A stretch of 64,000 nt of DNA, from NCBI RefSeq assembly GCF_009914755.1, contig NC_060932.1, one strand, 5' to 3'. Numbering within the stretch: the stretch's first letter is position 1; every line of letters begins with the position of its first letter. The notes beneath the pieces were generated by a model, which saw only the letters and a program-made list of their open reading frames with translations, was not told where the DNA came from and made no database searches. Source of the stretch: the human T2T-CHM13v2.0 reference genome, Homo sapiens. Made by a program: the position numbers and the translations under genes. Positions 53,381 through 64,000 of the stretch are shown one piece after another.

Positions 53381-54554
53381 AAAGAATGCAGCTGTTAACA
53401 AAAGTATATTTCAAGCCAGTAAGGTCTAGTTAAAAAATACTGAGACCTAAAAGACCTGCCACACATTAAAATTGTGAGGAAATTGATTTTGCCTTAGCAA
53501 AATGATAACACATCAATGTAACCTGAACAATAGAAGAAGGTAATTCATGAGGATTATCTAAAACAAGTGAGTTTAATGTCGTGAATCTGATTTGTTTTGG
53601 AAGCAGATCATTTTATTTTTAAAAATATATATTTAATGCTATTTAAATAATTTTATATGAGACCTATTTTATATGAGACCTTGATTTATGTTAATCTAGA
53701 GTTTGACAAAAATACGATTTTTTAAGAATGTACATCCCAGAGGCTGACAAGGGATTACCATATAAAGTCACCTAGGGCAGGGATCATGCTTAATTTGTCT
53801 ACTCAGTAGGCAATTGGAAGTTTTGTGTTAGGTGAACCTGTTCGGTAAAGGTGAAAATGTATTCTGCAGTTCTTTTTAATCTATTAAGGGCTAACCAGGA
53901 TATGATACTGTACCAAATCATAGTCTTTTGATAATGGATGAAAGAAAGAATGTGCTTAGAGTTGTGTTTTACGATTTATATTTTCTGCAACTAGTATGAG
54001 TTACTTTTTACATAAAAAATGTGTAAAAATATCTTAAACCTCAAGTTTATATAGTTTTGGTTTAATTCCTGAGTTTTCTCATACATAGAGATAAATACTC
54101 ACATGGCCTTCAGACTCCATTCCCACACTCCCAGTAGTTATACTAGAAGAATTGTGGAACTGTGGAAGGAATTCAGCCAGAATAAGGTTGGGCTAGATTT
54201 TATGATTCTGCAACATTCATTATATTTCTAGCCATTTTGAAGCACATAATTAGTGTGCTAAGTCCTAGGGATAACAAGGTAAATAAAACCATATCCCTGT
54301 CCCCATCTAGCTTGCATGTAGGCAAGTACACATCTCATCTGAAATACATGTAGTTAGTCCTGAGTGAGTGAATGATTTGGGATCCTACAGAGCTGAAATG
54401 ATTTCGTCACTCATTCCACCTCCTGGGAGGCTTAGAACAGACTTTATAAAATAAGCAATTGACTTCTCTTAAACTGAGTCTTGAAGGGTTGAGTTGTGAA
54501 GTAAAGAAGGGAGGAGGGATCAATCCAGATAAAGGTAAAGGAACCTGTGCAACT

Positions 54555-55842
54555 GTAGCCGCCCAATTCTGTGCTCTTGCTGGAAAGGTGTTGAGATCAT
54601 TTGGAGGAGAAGAGGCACTCTGGCTTTCTGAGTTTTCAGCGTTTTTTCGTTGGTTCCTTCTCATCTTTGTGAGTTTGTCTAGCTTTGATCTTTGAGGCTG
54701 CTGGCCTTTGAGATTTTTGTGGGAATCTTTTTGCGGATGCTGTTGTTGTTTTTGTTGCTTTCTGTTTGTTTTCCTTTTAACAGTCAGGCCCCTCTTCCGT
54801 AGGGCTGCTGTGGTTTGCTGGGGGTCCACTCCAGGCCCTATTCACCTGGGTGCCTCCCTTCCCTGGAGATATCAGTGGAGGCTGCAGAACAGCAGAGATG
54901 GCTGCCTGCTCCTTCCTCTGGGAGCTCCCACCCAGAGAAGCACCTACCTGAGCCAGTGGGAACGCTCCCCTATAAAGTGTCTGGCGACCTCTACTGGGGG
55001 ATCTCATCCAGTCAGGAGGCATGGGATCCAGGATCCGTTTAAGGAAGCACTCTGACTGCCCCTTGGACAAGCGGGTGTGCTGTGCTGGTGGGAATCCCAC
55101 TCTTCCGGACTGCCCGGATTCCTCAGAGCCAGCAGGGGGAAAGACTGAGTCAGCTGATCCTGCGGAGACTATGGCCACTCCTTCTGCAAGGGGCTCTGTT
55201 CCAGGAAGATCAGAGTTCTGTCCTTAAACCCTTGGCTGGAGTTGCTGAAATTCCAGCAGGGAGGCCCTGCCTGGTAAGGAGGTATGGGTCTGGCCTAAAG
55301 AGGCAGTCTGGCCACAATTTGCCATAGCTGCTGTGCTGCACTGTGGGGAATTTCTCCTGGGTCCAAACTGCCCAATCTCCCTGGCACTGGCAGGGGAAAA
55401 TGGCTGACAGGAGCTGCGGTGTTGGCTGCCACCCCTCCCTCCAGGAGCTCAGTCGTCTTAGACGGACTCCAGCCCAGCGGCTGCTGAGAATCTGCACAGC
55501 TCCGTGCTTGAGACCCAAGGCCCTGGTGGCATGGGCTCATGAGGGGTCTCCTGATCCATGGGTTGCAGATCTGTGGAAGAAGCATGGTTTCCCAGGCGGG
55601 GTAGCACAATCAGTCGCCGCCTCCCTTGGCTGGCGGTGGGAGCTCCCCTTGTCCTGTGCAGCTCCTAGGTGAACCACGGCTCCACCCTGCCTTTCCTCAC
55701 TCTCCATGCGCCAGCCACCTAGTCAGTCCCAGTGAGAGAACCTAGATACGTTAGTTGCCAGTGCAGGTCGCTCACAGTTTTCATTAGTCTGGATGGGAGC
55801 CTCTGACCCCAACTGTTCCTAGTCGGCCATCTTGGTCCTCTT
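54555..55842 (-). mobile_element. Older L1PA (about PA8-PA13) 5'UTR plus first ~35 codons of ORF1; 3'-truncated
   Basis: 5' YY1 site CAAGATGGCCG (55834-55824); ORF1 start MRRNQRKNAENSESQSASSPPND at 54664. Confidence 0.88.
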
Positions 55843-55844
55843 AG

Positions 55845-56185
55845 CTGTTCTTTTCTAAAGACCTTTCGTCTTCCATATAAATGTTAGATTGAGTCAGTCA
55901 AGTTCCTAAATAAATCGAGCTGGACTTTTGATTGGGATTGAATTGAATTTGTAGTTTGAGTTGGAGTATATTGACATTATTAATATATTCTTTAATACTG
56001 TATATTGTATAGTATATCATTTTAAAGATATTATATGTATGTATTTAAATATAAAATGTTCTATATGCATTCCATATTCTGTGTTCTTCAATATTCTGTT
56101 AATTCCCAGGTACTTGATGGTTTTTGTTGCTGCTGCTGGTATCTTTTTTTCTATTATATTTTTCAGCTGGTCATTTGATATTACT
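55845..56185 (-). mobile_element. Old L1M ORF2 fragment
   Basis: IKYLGIN relic in ORF 56017..56277. Confidence 0.65.
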
Positions 56186-56487
56186 TTGTAAATAGGAAAA
56201 CATGTACATCTAAACAAAATGTTTATCTTTAAAACCAAAAGATTCTCTGCTGAAGTTGCTACACTAGGAGTGTTCATTGATGCCCAATAAAAACAGATTT
56301 TTACTCTAATAATTGTTCATTTTCCTGTAACAAGCTTGGGGGATTCACAGCAGAGAGAAAATTATAAATTTGCTGTTTGTCTTACTTTCTGTTGTCTACA
56401 GTAGAAAGTAAGAGGATAGTGGGGTATAAATCTTAGATAAGTTAAATAAACATTAACTTTCCAAAACTAATAGTAATAGTAACACCT

Positions 56488-56800
56488 ATTGTAGTGGACA
56501 CCATTGGTTGCTCCCATGTCATCCATTCCTCTCTTCATCTTTTCATACAGAATCTCAATTGTTTTCCTCACACAGCTGTGTGCTTCAGGAGAACCTGACC
56601 TACCTACAGATCCAGGGGTGCTCCTGATTGGTTTAAAGACAGCCCATTCTCTCGCCAGTGATTGGTTCAGGTATGGGGAACATGATCCAATTCTGGCCAA
56701 TTAAATTATATTTGCTGGGTGGATTCTGGGGCAAGTTTTCTCATTCCCAAGGAAGAGACACAAAAAGACGTGTTTTCTCTATCTGCTTGCATCAGAGTGT
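56488..56800 (+). mobile_element. Old MaLR LTR fragment (MLT1-like)
   Basis: gtgattggttcaggtatggggaacatgatccaattctggccaat. Confidence 0.65.
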
Positions 56801-56959
56801 TTCTGATTTAAATGTGGATTTAATATAAAGTCTTTATATAAAAGAACTGAAAATAGAACAAAGGGTATTTACATTAAGTTCAAAATGCACAAGAGATTTT
56901 GGCAAAAAAATAATAACAAGTTTTATAGTTAAAAAGAGTAAGAATAATATCAGGTTAAT

Positions 56960-58320
56960 CAATTTTTAAAATTGGGGTAAATTTACATACCATAAAAAGC
57001 CGTTTTCAATGTTTAGTTCAGTGAGTTTTGACAATTTTATACACACCTGTAAGTACACCCCAAACAAAATATAAAATATTTTTTATCACCCGAGGACGTT
57101 CTTTCCTGTCCCTTTCTAGTCAAAGATCACCCTTTCAAAGGAAATCACTTTTTGAGTTTTGTCGTCACAGATTAGTTTAACCTGTTCTTGAATGTGACAT
57201 AACTGGAATCATACAATATATATTTTGGTGTGTGCCTAGCTTTTTTATCTCCATATAATGTTCCTGAGATGCACACAAATACAAGTAGTCTGTTATTTTT
57301 TTTTTATCGGTGAGTAGTATTCCACAGTACAAATTTAATGAAATTTGTTTACCTGTTCTTTTATGGATGGACATTTGAGCAGCTTTTGGTTTTATGTATT
57401 ACGAGTAAAACTATTGAATGTTTTTGTATAAATAGTTTTGTAAATGTATGTTTTCAATTCTTTTTGATAAACGTCTAGAGAGGAGTCATATGGTTATATG
57501 GCTAGTACATGCTTAACTTAATGTGAAATTTCCTGAATTTCTTTAAAGTGGTTGTATCCTTTTACACTTTCACTGAGAGTTCCAGCTACACCATATCCTT
57601 AACCATCACTTAGTGTCATGAATCTCTTTCATGTTAGCTCTTCTAGTCAGTGTGAAATGCTATCTCGCTGTGATTTCAAATGGAATTTTTAAAAATTACC
57701 AATGATGTTAAGCAACTTTGTCATGAATTTACTGAGGATTTGTATATCTTCTGTTGTGTAGTATCTCTTCAAGTTTTCACCTATTTAAATAACTGGATTT
57801 GCTCGTCTTTTTTTTTTGTTTTTGATTTGTAGAAGTTCTTTTTTATTCTGGGTGTTAGTTTATAGATTAGATGCCAGGTATATGTATTGTAATATTTTTC
57901 CTAGTCTGTGGCTTGCATAATCATTTAAAAATGATGTCCTTATATGAAGGCAACTGTTTAATTTTGATGAAGCCCAATTTAATTCGTTTTATGGTTGGTG
58001 AGTTTTGTGTCCTATCTAAGAAATGTTTGTCTAATCCAATGTTTCAAATATATATATTTTTTTCTAGAAGCTTCATATTTTTGGATTTTATGTTTAGGTC
58101 TGTGATCAATCTCAAATTAATTTTTATGTGTCCAGTTAGATAAGGATTGAAGTTCATTTTCTTCCATATGAATATCCGGTTCCAGTAGTGTTTTGTAAAA
58201 AAAAAAAAACTTTCTTTTTTTCCTACTGAATTGATCAGATCCCTTGGCCAAAAATTAATTTACTGTATTTTAGTCAGTTCATTTCTTGACTCTTTATTCT
58301 GTCCCAGTGATAAAACTTTC
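56960..58320 (-). mobile_element. Old L1M (L1ME/MD-like) fragment
   Basis: Antisense 3'UTR and ORF2-end motifs, e.g. gtgtgaaatgctatctcgctgtgattt. Confidence 0.7.
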
Positions 58321-58448
58321 TTATTAGGTGCAGACATATTAAAATGTGTTATGCCTTCTTAATGATTAAAATCCTTTAAGCCAGTGTCCTTCCTAGCACA
58401 CAAAATTTTTGAACAAAGTCAGGTTTGTTCTACTAAGATTTTGATGTA

Positions 58449-59332
58449 CAGTCATGCATCACTTAACAACAGAGATATGATGAGACATGTGCCCTTGGGT
58501 GATTTTGCCATTGTGTTTACATCACAGAGTGCACTTACACAAACCTAGATGGTATAGCCTACTACACACCTGGGCTACAAACCTTTACAGCATGTTACTG
58601 TACTGAATATTGTAGGCAATTGTAACACAATGGTAAATATTTGTGCATCTAAACATATTTAAATATAGAAAAGGTAAAGTAAAAGTTTAATATAAAAATA
58701 AACATGGTGGACCTATACAGGGCACTTACCATAAATAGAGCGGCAGGACTGGAACGCGCTGTAGGTGAGTCAGTGTGTGAGTAGTGAGTGAATGTGAAAG
58801 CCTAGGACATTACTAGACACTACTGTAGACTTTATAAACACTTACTCTTAGGCTACACTAAATGTAGAAAAATACATATTCTTTAACATACATATTCTAA
58901 AAATACATATCCTAAACATACATATCCTAAAAATACATATTCTAGGGAAACTAAATTAACTGTAGCTTACTATAACTTTTGTACTTCATAAACTTTTAAT
59001 CTTTTTAAACTTTTGGACTCTTTTAATCTTTTTTAAACTTAGCTTAAAACACAAGCATATTGTACAGCTATAGAAAATATTTTCTTTATATCCTTATTCT
59101 AAAGGCACTTTTTTCTATTTTTAAATTTTTTATTTTTATTTTTTAGCTTTTTAAGCTTTCTTGTCAAAAATAAAGAAACAAACACACGCATTAGCCTAGG
59201 CCTACACAGAGTCAGGATCATCAAGATGTTGCTGGATGATAGGAATTTTTCAGCTCTATTTTAATCTTATGGGACCACCATTGCATACGTGGTCTGCCAT
59301 TGACCCAAACATTGTTATACAGTGCATGACTA
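58449..59332. mobile_element. Tigger3 (Golem) family element
   Basis: TIRs cagtcatgca / tgcatgacta with TA TSDs at 58447-58448 and 59333-59334. Confidence 0.88.
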
Positions 59333-61693
59333 TACTTGTCTAATACTATCCCATCTCACAAAGCAACCTCAGTGAATTAAAACTCATCAGTACCTCAAGT
59401 TTCCAAGGCCATGTTTAGCCCCTGAGGACTCAGTTGCTCACTTTTCCTTGTGGCAATTTAATGCTGCAGCAGTGTAAGAAAGATCATCGTAGCTGCATTT
59501 CCAAGCCTCATCCTCCAATAAAGCTTTTGTCAATAATTTTATTTCTTAGTGAATGTCAAGCTCAAGAGTGGAAGAAAAGAGTATTACTTATTGGCCTCTT
59601 AAAACGTCACTCACTTGAAGGGCTGCTATGTGGGGTTAAAATAGATATAATAGTTTGGTTTTCTATTAGACTTTTGACATGTTAACTGATAAGCATTCTG
59701 GTTGGCTTGACAGTTGTATTTTCTTTTTGCAAATTAATAAATGACTCTTTTGGTCCATGAGAACAGATAGCAAAAATGTGCCTAATTATACCATAGAATC
59801 AATTTGTAGGTCAAATCAACTTTCACCAGAATAGTGTCTCCCTGCAAATTTGATACATAAAGCTTATTAATTGTGAGTCTTTCTTCTAATGACAACATTA
59901 TAAATAGGCTTTATCTAACATTTTTAGAATTCTCACCAGAATGGGAACATTTCTACTTAAATAGAAAAGCTAAAAGCAAAGATATTTTGCCAGTTAGTTA
60001 TTTTAGTTACTAAGCACTTCTCAATAGATATTTATGATTGCTGGACTATGGCATCAAATTTTGTCTCACTAATAACTTCTTGAGATTACAAAGTCCAATA
60101 GCAATAATTTATTATATTAATTAAGAGACATCGTAGTGATGTGTTTAATAGTAATAGGAATTAGACAATATTATTAAGGATTTGGTGTATATATAAAATA
60201 ATGCTATTCATGACTAAAATTTATCTTGATTCATTTTCTAAAAATAACTCAATATATTTCATGTCTCTAGTACTTTTATTACAATTCTCTATGAATATCC
60301 TTTAGCTTAGGTAGGATATTTCATTAAGCATACATCATGCTAACTCAAGGCAGGAAATAATAAAATTATGTGAAGTGTTAACATATCTGAGAGTAAATGA
60401 TAAAAATTAATCTAACCAAGATGCCAGCCATAAAATAAATTACATGGGCTGAAGAAAAATGTGAACATCAAATAAAAAAGAAGAATTGCATTCTAAATCT
60501 AAGGCAAGGTAGATGAGTAGAGTTGAGTTCCTTATAAAGAAATATTTGAAGTCATAACTATAACTAGACTTTACTTCAAATGAACAAATCTCAATTCAGA
60601 TTCTTTCTTGCCCTGAGCTGCAGCTAATATGTCTCCATTTCACGACGAATACTGTCAGGAATGACAATGACCGATAAGTAGAACCAGTACAAAGTTCCTC
60701 CTAGAATGGAATGTCACCCATGTGAGGGAAAAGAAGACAAATTAAGACCAAAATTAAAATATATCACCAGCAGCCCCAAAGCACTGACTCAAAATCAGGT
60801 CAGTTTAAACGTTTGTTATATGTTACTTCAATTTTTAATATTTCCTGGATAAGTAACCAGTAAGTGGGGGATTTTCCCAACAGAAAACAAATGTCTCTCT
60901 AGGAAAACTAAGGCAGTGAATTGTCAACAAGAGGAACAGTCAATGAAGGCAAAAAAAAAAAAAACCAAAAAAAAAAAAAAAACACAAAACACTGGTTAAT
61001 TGCTGTTTCAAATTTTTCCATTCAATTTGTAAAATTTCGATTTTTTTTTTTTACAAAATTTCCTCTTAGTTGACACATGCTTATTATAGAAAAAATGTTA
61101 AAATAAAAGAAACAGAAAGCAGAAAAGTAACCTATGCAATGTTTAGCACTCAGAGAAAAGCAATTTAAATGTTGTTCCACACCCTCCTGAACTTTTATTA
61201 TTTTTTTAACATAATTGTGTTCATATTGAATATACATTTTTTGTATTCTGGGTATTTACTCACTTAATGTGACATAGGTGTGTTTGCATATTATTACATA
61301 CTCTTCATAAAGATAATTCTTAACAACTTCACAATATTCTGACAAGTATATGTGTTCCCAGAAGTATGAATATTTTATTAATTTGACACACATTAAATTG
61401 ATACATATAGACAATTACCTTTCCAAGAATTGTACTGATTTACACCATTATATTATGATACCATTATATTGTGTGAGCATGCCTATTTCACCACATTTTC
61501 AATAGCATTAATCTATTTCTGGACTGTTTATTCCAAGATTTATCTTTTTTCACCAGTTTTGTAAAAACTATTACACACTTTCCCTCACATTAACATTGAA
61601 ATTGCTTCTAAATGCAATTAATAAAAATAATATTGAGATTTTGATTGTGTCTCTTTCCGTCAAACCTTTCCATGACTTCCCTTTTGTCTAGTT

Positions 61694-61953
61694 CAGTGGT
61701 GCTCAGCCAGGGGCGATTTTATCCCCCAGGAGAAATTGGACAATATCTGGGGGCATTTTGGTTGTCCCAACTGGAGGGTGGGACTGGGGGAGGCAGGGTT
61801 AGTGGAGAGTCTTGCTACTGGCATCTAGTGTTTAATGGCCAGGGATACTGCTAAACATTCTTCATTGTGCTGCATAAGACAGACCCCCAACAACAAAGGA
61901 TTTCCCCAAGTTTTCCAAAATGTCAATAGTGTGGGTGGGGGTCAAAAAACTCT
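61694..61953 (+). mobile_element. MER20
   Basis: cagtggtgctcagccaggggcgatttt ... gctactggcatctagtg ... aaaatgtcaatagtg. Confidence 0.88.
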
Positions 61954-62544
61954 CATCTATGGGATATATTGGAAACAACTTTGCTTGGCACACCAGCCTG
62001 TCTTTCATCCAACTCAATAGTCTTCTAACTGAGGTACTTAAAAGCCCTGGTGGTTGGTTTCTAGATCCTCAAAATGATTTGCAGGATAATATATCCATGT
62101 TCAAAATAATACTACAGGAGAAAGAGGAGAGGAGGGAGGACGAGAAAGAGGTATATCTTTCATCTATTTCAAATCATGCTATGTTGCAATGCCTCTAGGG
62201 TGAAAAGAAAAAGCAAACTAGGAGCACGACTTTAAAGATTAATCAAGGTAACGCATAAATCCATGTGGCTTCAAACTCTTTATAACAAAATGAGATACAG
62301 TGTGCATTTAATATTTGGTAAGGATAGTCTTATCTTTTCTTGTTTAAATTTTTTCTAGATATTTCCACAGACTTACAATTTCCATTTGAACCTGAAAACT
62401 GGTTCAGTTTAAAAAAATTCCCGTCCAATTTTTTACAATCAATGAACCTACATTGAAATATCATTATATGTACATATACATATAAATTACATTTCTATAA
62501 ATTTGTCCTAAGGAATGAAGTAGAATTGGATAGAAAGATATGCA

Positions 62545-62770
62545 AATAACACTAACATTTACAGCATGCTTACAATGTGCCAGCATTCTAATACATCTTA
62601 ATGTCTCAGTTAATCATCACAACTACGCTCAAGTTGGTAACACTGCGATCTTCACTTTATGAAGAAAACTGAGGCTCAGAACAGGAAGTTGTTCCAAGTC
62701 ACAGATCTATGAAGATTATAGATCAAACCACATTCTGTGTGATGCCAAGACCCTATATCCAGCTTTTTCT
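62545..62770 (-). mobile_element. MIR
   Basis: gaagaaaactgaggctcaga ... ccaagtcacag. Confidence 0.7.
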
Positions 62771-63400
62771 AAATAGCAGTCTTTTGGGTTTCACTTATGT
62801 GTGTGTGTGTCTTTGTGTCTGTTTCAAAGTAGTTGAACAACAATATCAGGGAAATCATGGTTTTAACGTTTTAGGTATATTTCTTATATTTCCCAAAAAA
62901 CCAATTTGAAAATATTCTACCTACGAGCCTCTCAGAGAGGCTGTCTCTTTTATATCCAGGAACCAGCACTTTGCTTCAAAGGCTAACACAACAATGGCCT
63001 GAAGGCAGGACCAGTGTTGTGTTAGTAAAGTTGTGTAGAGTAAAACATGTTTCAGGATCTGTCAGGGACTTCAGATACTTTACTGATGGCATTGAATTCC
63101 TGGGCTTGACCTATTACTGCACCTCCAGCATCCAAGAGCACTGTCTTACAACTTACTCCTTATGACTCACCTATAACAAACATCACTGATTACATCAAAG
63201 AAAATTATTGTTAATGCCACTTAGACTAATTAACACAACCTTTGGTGTAGATACCAATAAGAATAGTTTAAGTACCAAGTAATCTACTCTTAAAATGTTG
63301 ATTCTTCTTAGGATATTTCAGTGCTAATTAATTGTCCAGAGGATGTGGATTAGGGATAATGTGCATTATGCTATCAAGGGCAAGCTCACATGCGTGTAGG

Positions 63401-63428
63401 CACACACACACACACACACACACACACA
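63401..63428. repeat. (CA)14 microsatellite
   Basis: Seen directly. Confidence 0.95.
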
Positions 63429-63608
63429 TCACCCCCCAAAATGTTTATATTGAAGCAATTTAAAGTAAATTATCACACAGACTACAGAATAGTCTCAGCA
63501 AACAGTAACTACCAGAATTATCTTTCCAGTGTTACTTATAATAATAACAAAATTTATTGAAATGTCTAAGACGACTGGCTTGATTTAGAAAATATCTTCA
63601 TACATTCT

Positions 63609-63820
63609 TGAGTTTCTCAACTTCACTATTTTTGATATTTTGGGCTGGAGAATTCTTTGTCTTGGGAGAGATTGTCCTGTGCATTGCAAGAAGTTTAGAA
63701 CCCTTGGTGTCTCCCAAGTACATGCCAGTAGTAGCTCCCTTTTCTCAGTAGTGCCAATACAAAATGTCTTTAGACATCGTCAAATGTCCCCTGGGGGCAA
63801 AATTGCACCTAGTTGAGACC
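63609..63820 (-). mobile_element. MER20
   Basis: gagtttctcaacttcactatt ... aaatgtcccctgggggcaaaattgc ... gttgaga. Confidence 0.85.
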
Positions 63821-64000
63821 TATAAAATGGACTACAACCCATGTAGCTATTAAGAGTATGTTAAAAAAATATTTACTTATCTACGCAAATGTTCATAGTA
63901 TATTTAATGGAAGAATCAGGACAAAACAACAGATAAGTTAGACCTTGATTTATAAAATAAAAATGGATACATGCATTGAAATACAAAGACAGCTAGCCTT

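Noticed and set aside
54407-55672. Dense overlapping ORFs on both strands
   Set aside because: GC-rich L1 5'UTR; only the short ORF1 N-terminus is real homology, and I could not identify an ORF0.
58868-58943. Repeat arrays as CRISPR-like structures (also 49641-49711)
   Set aside because: No unique spacers, eukaryotic context and no cas genes.

Overview
Primate (most likely human) genomic DNA carrying the 5' part of the cohesin kleisin gene RAD21 on the minus strand. Coding exons 2-5 were spliced by hand: all introns are GT-AG and the exons join in frame to give residues 1-160. Non-coding exon 1 sits in a CpG-island promoter (~16.1-17.2 kb) with YY1, NRF1, CCAAT and CHR-like motifs. From recalled annotation, it overlaps the MIR3610 hairpin and the head-to-head lncRNA RAD21-AS1. 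The remaining ~46 kb upstream shows no recognisable gene and is mostly transposon relics: Alus, L1s, a complete THE1A provirus nested in an L1MA, MST/MLT/MER21/ERV1 LTRs, Tigger and MER20 DNA transposons, MIR and L2. I cannot show a new biological system from sequence alone. The best candidate is a splice-controlled translation switch in the RAD21 leader. A possible intronic first exon (AUG in strong Kozak context) and a GUG in exon 1 both end in phase 0 at their donors. The upstream exon-2 acceptor makes them overlapping uORFs, whereas a second good acceptor 20 nt downstream removes an in-frame stop and fuses them to RAD21 as N-terminal extensions. Repeat family names come from recalled consensus sequences and their boundaries are approximate unless TSD/TIR coordinates are given.
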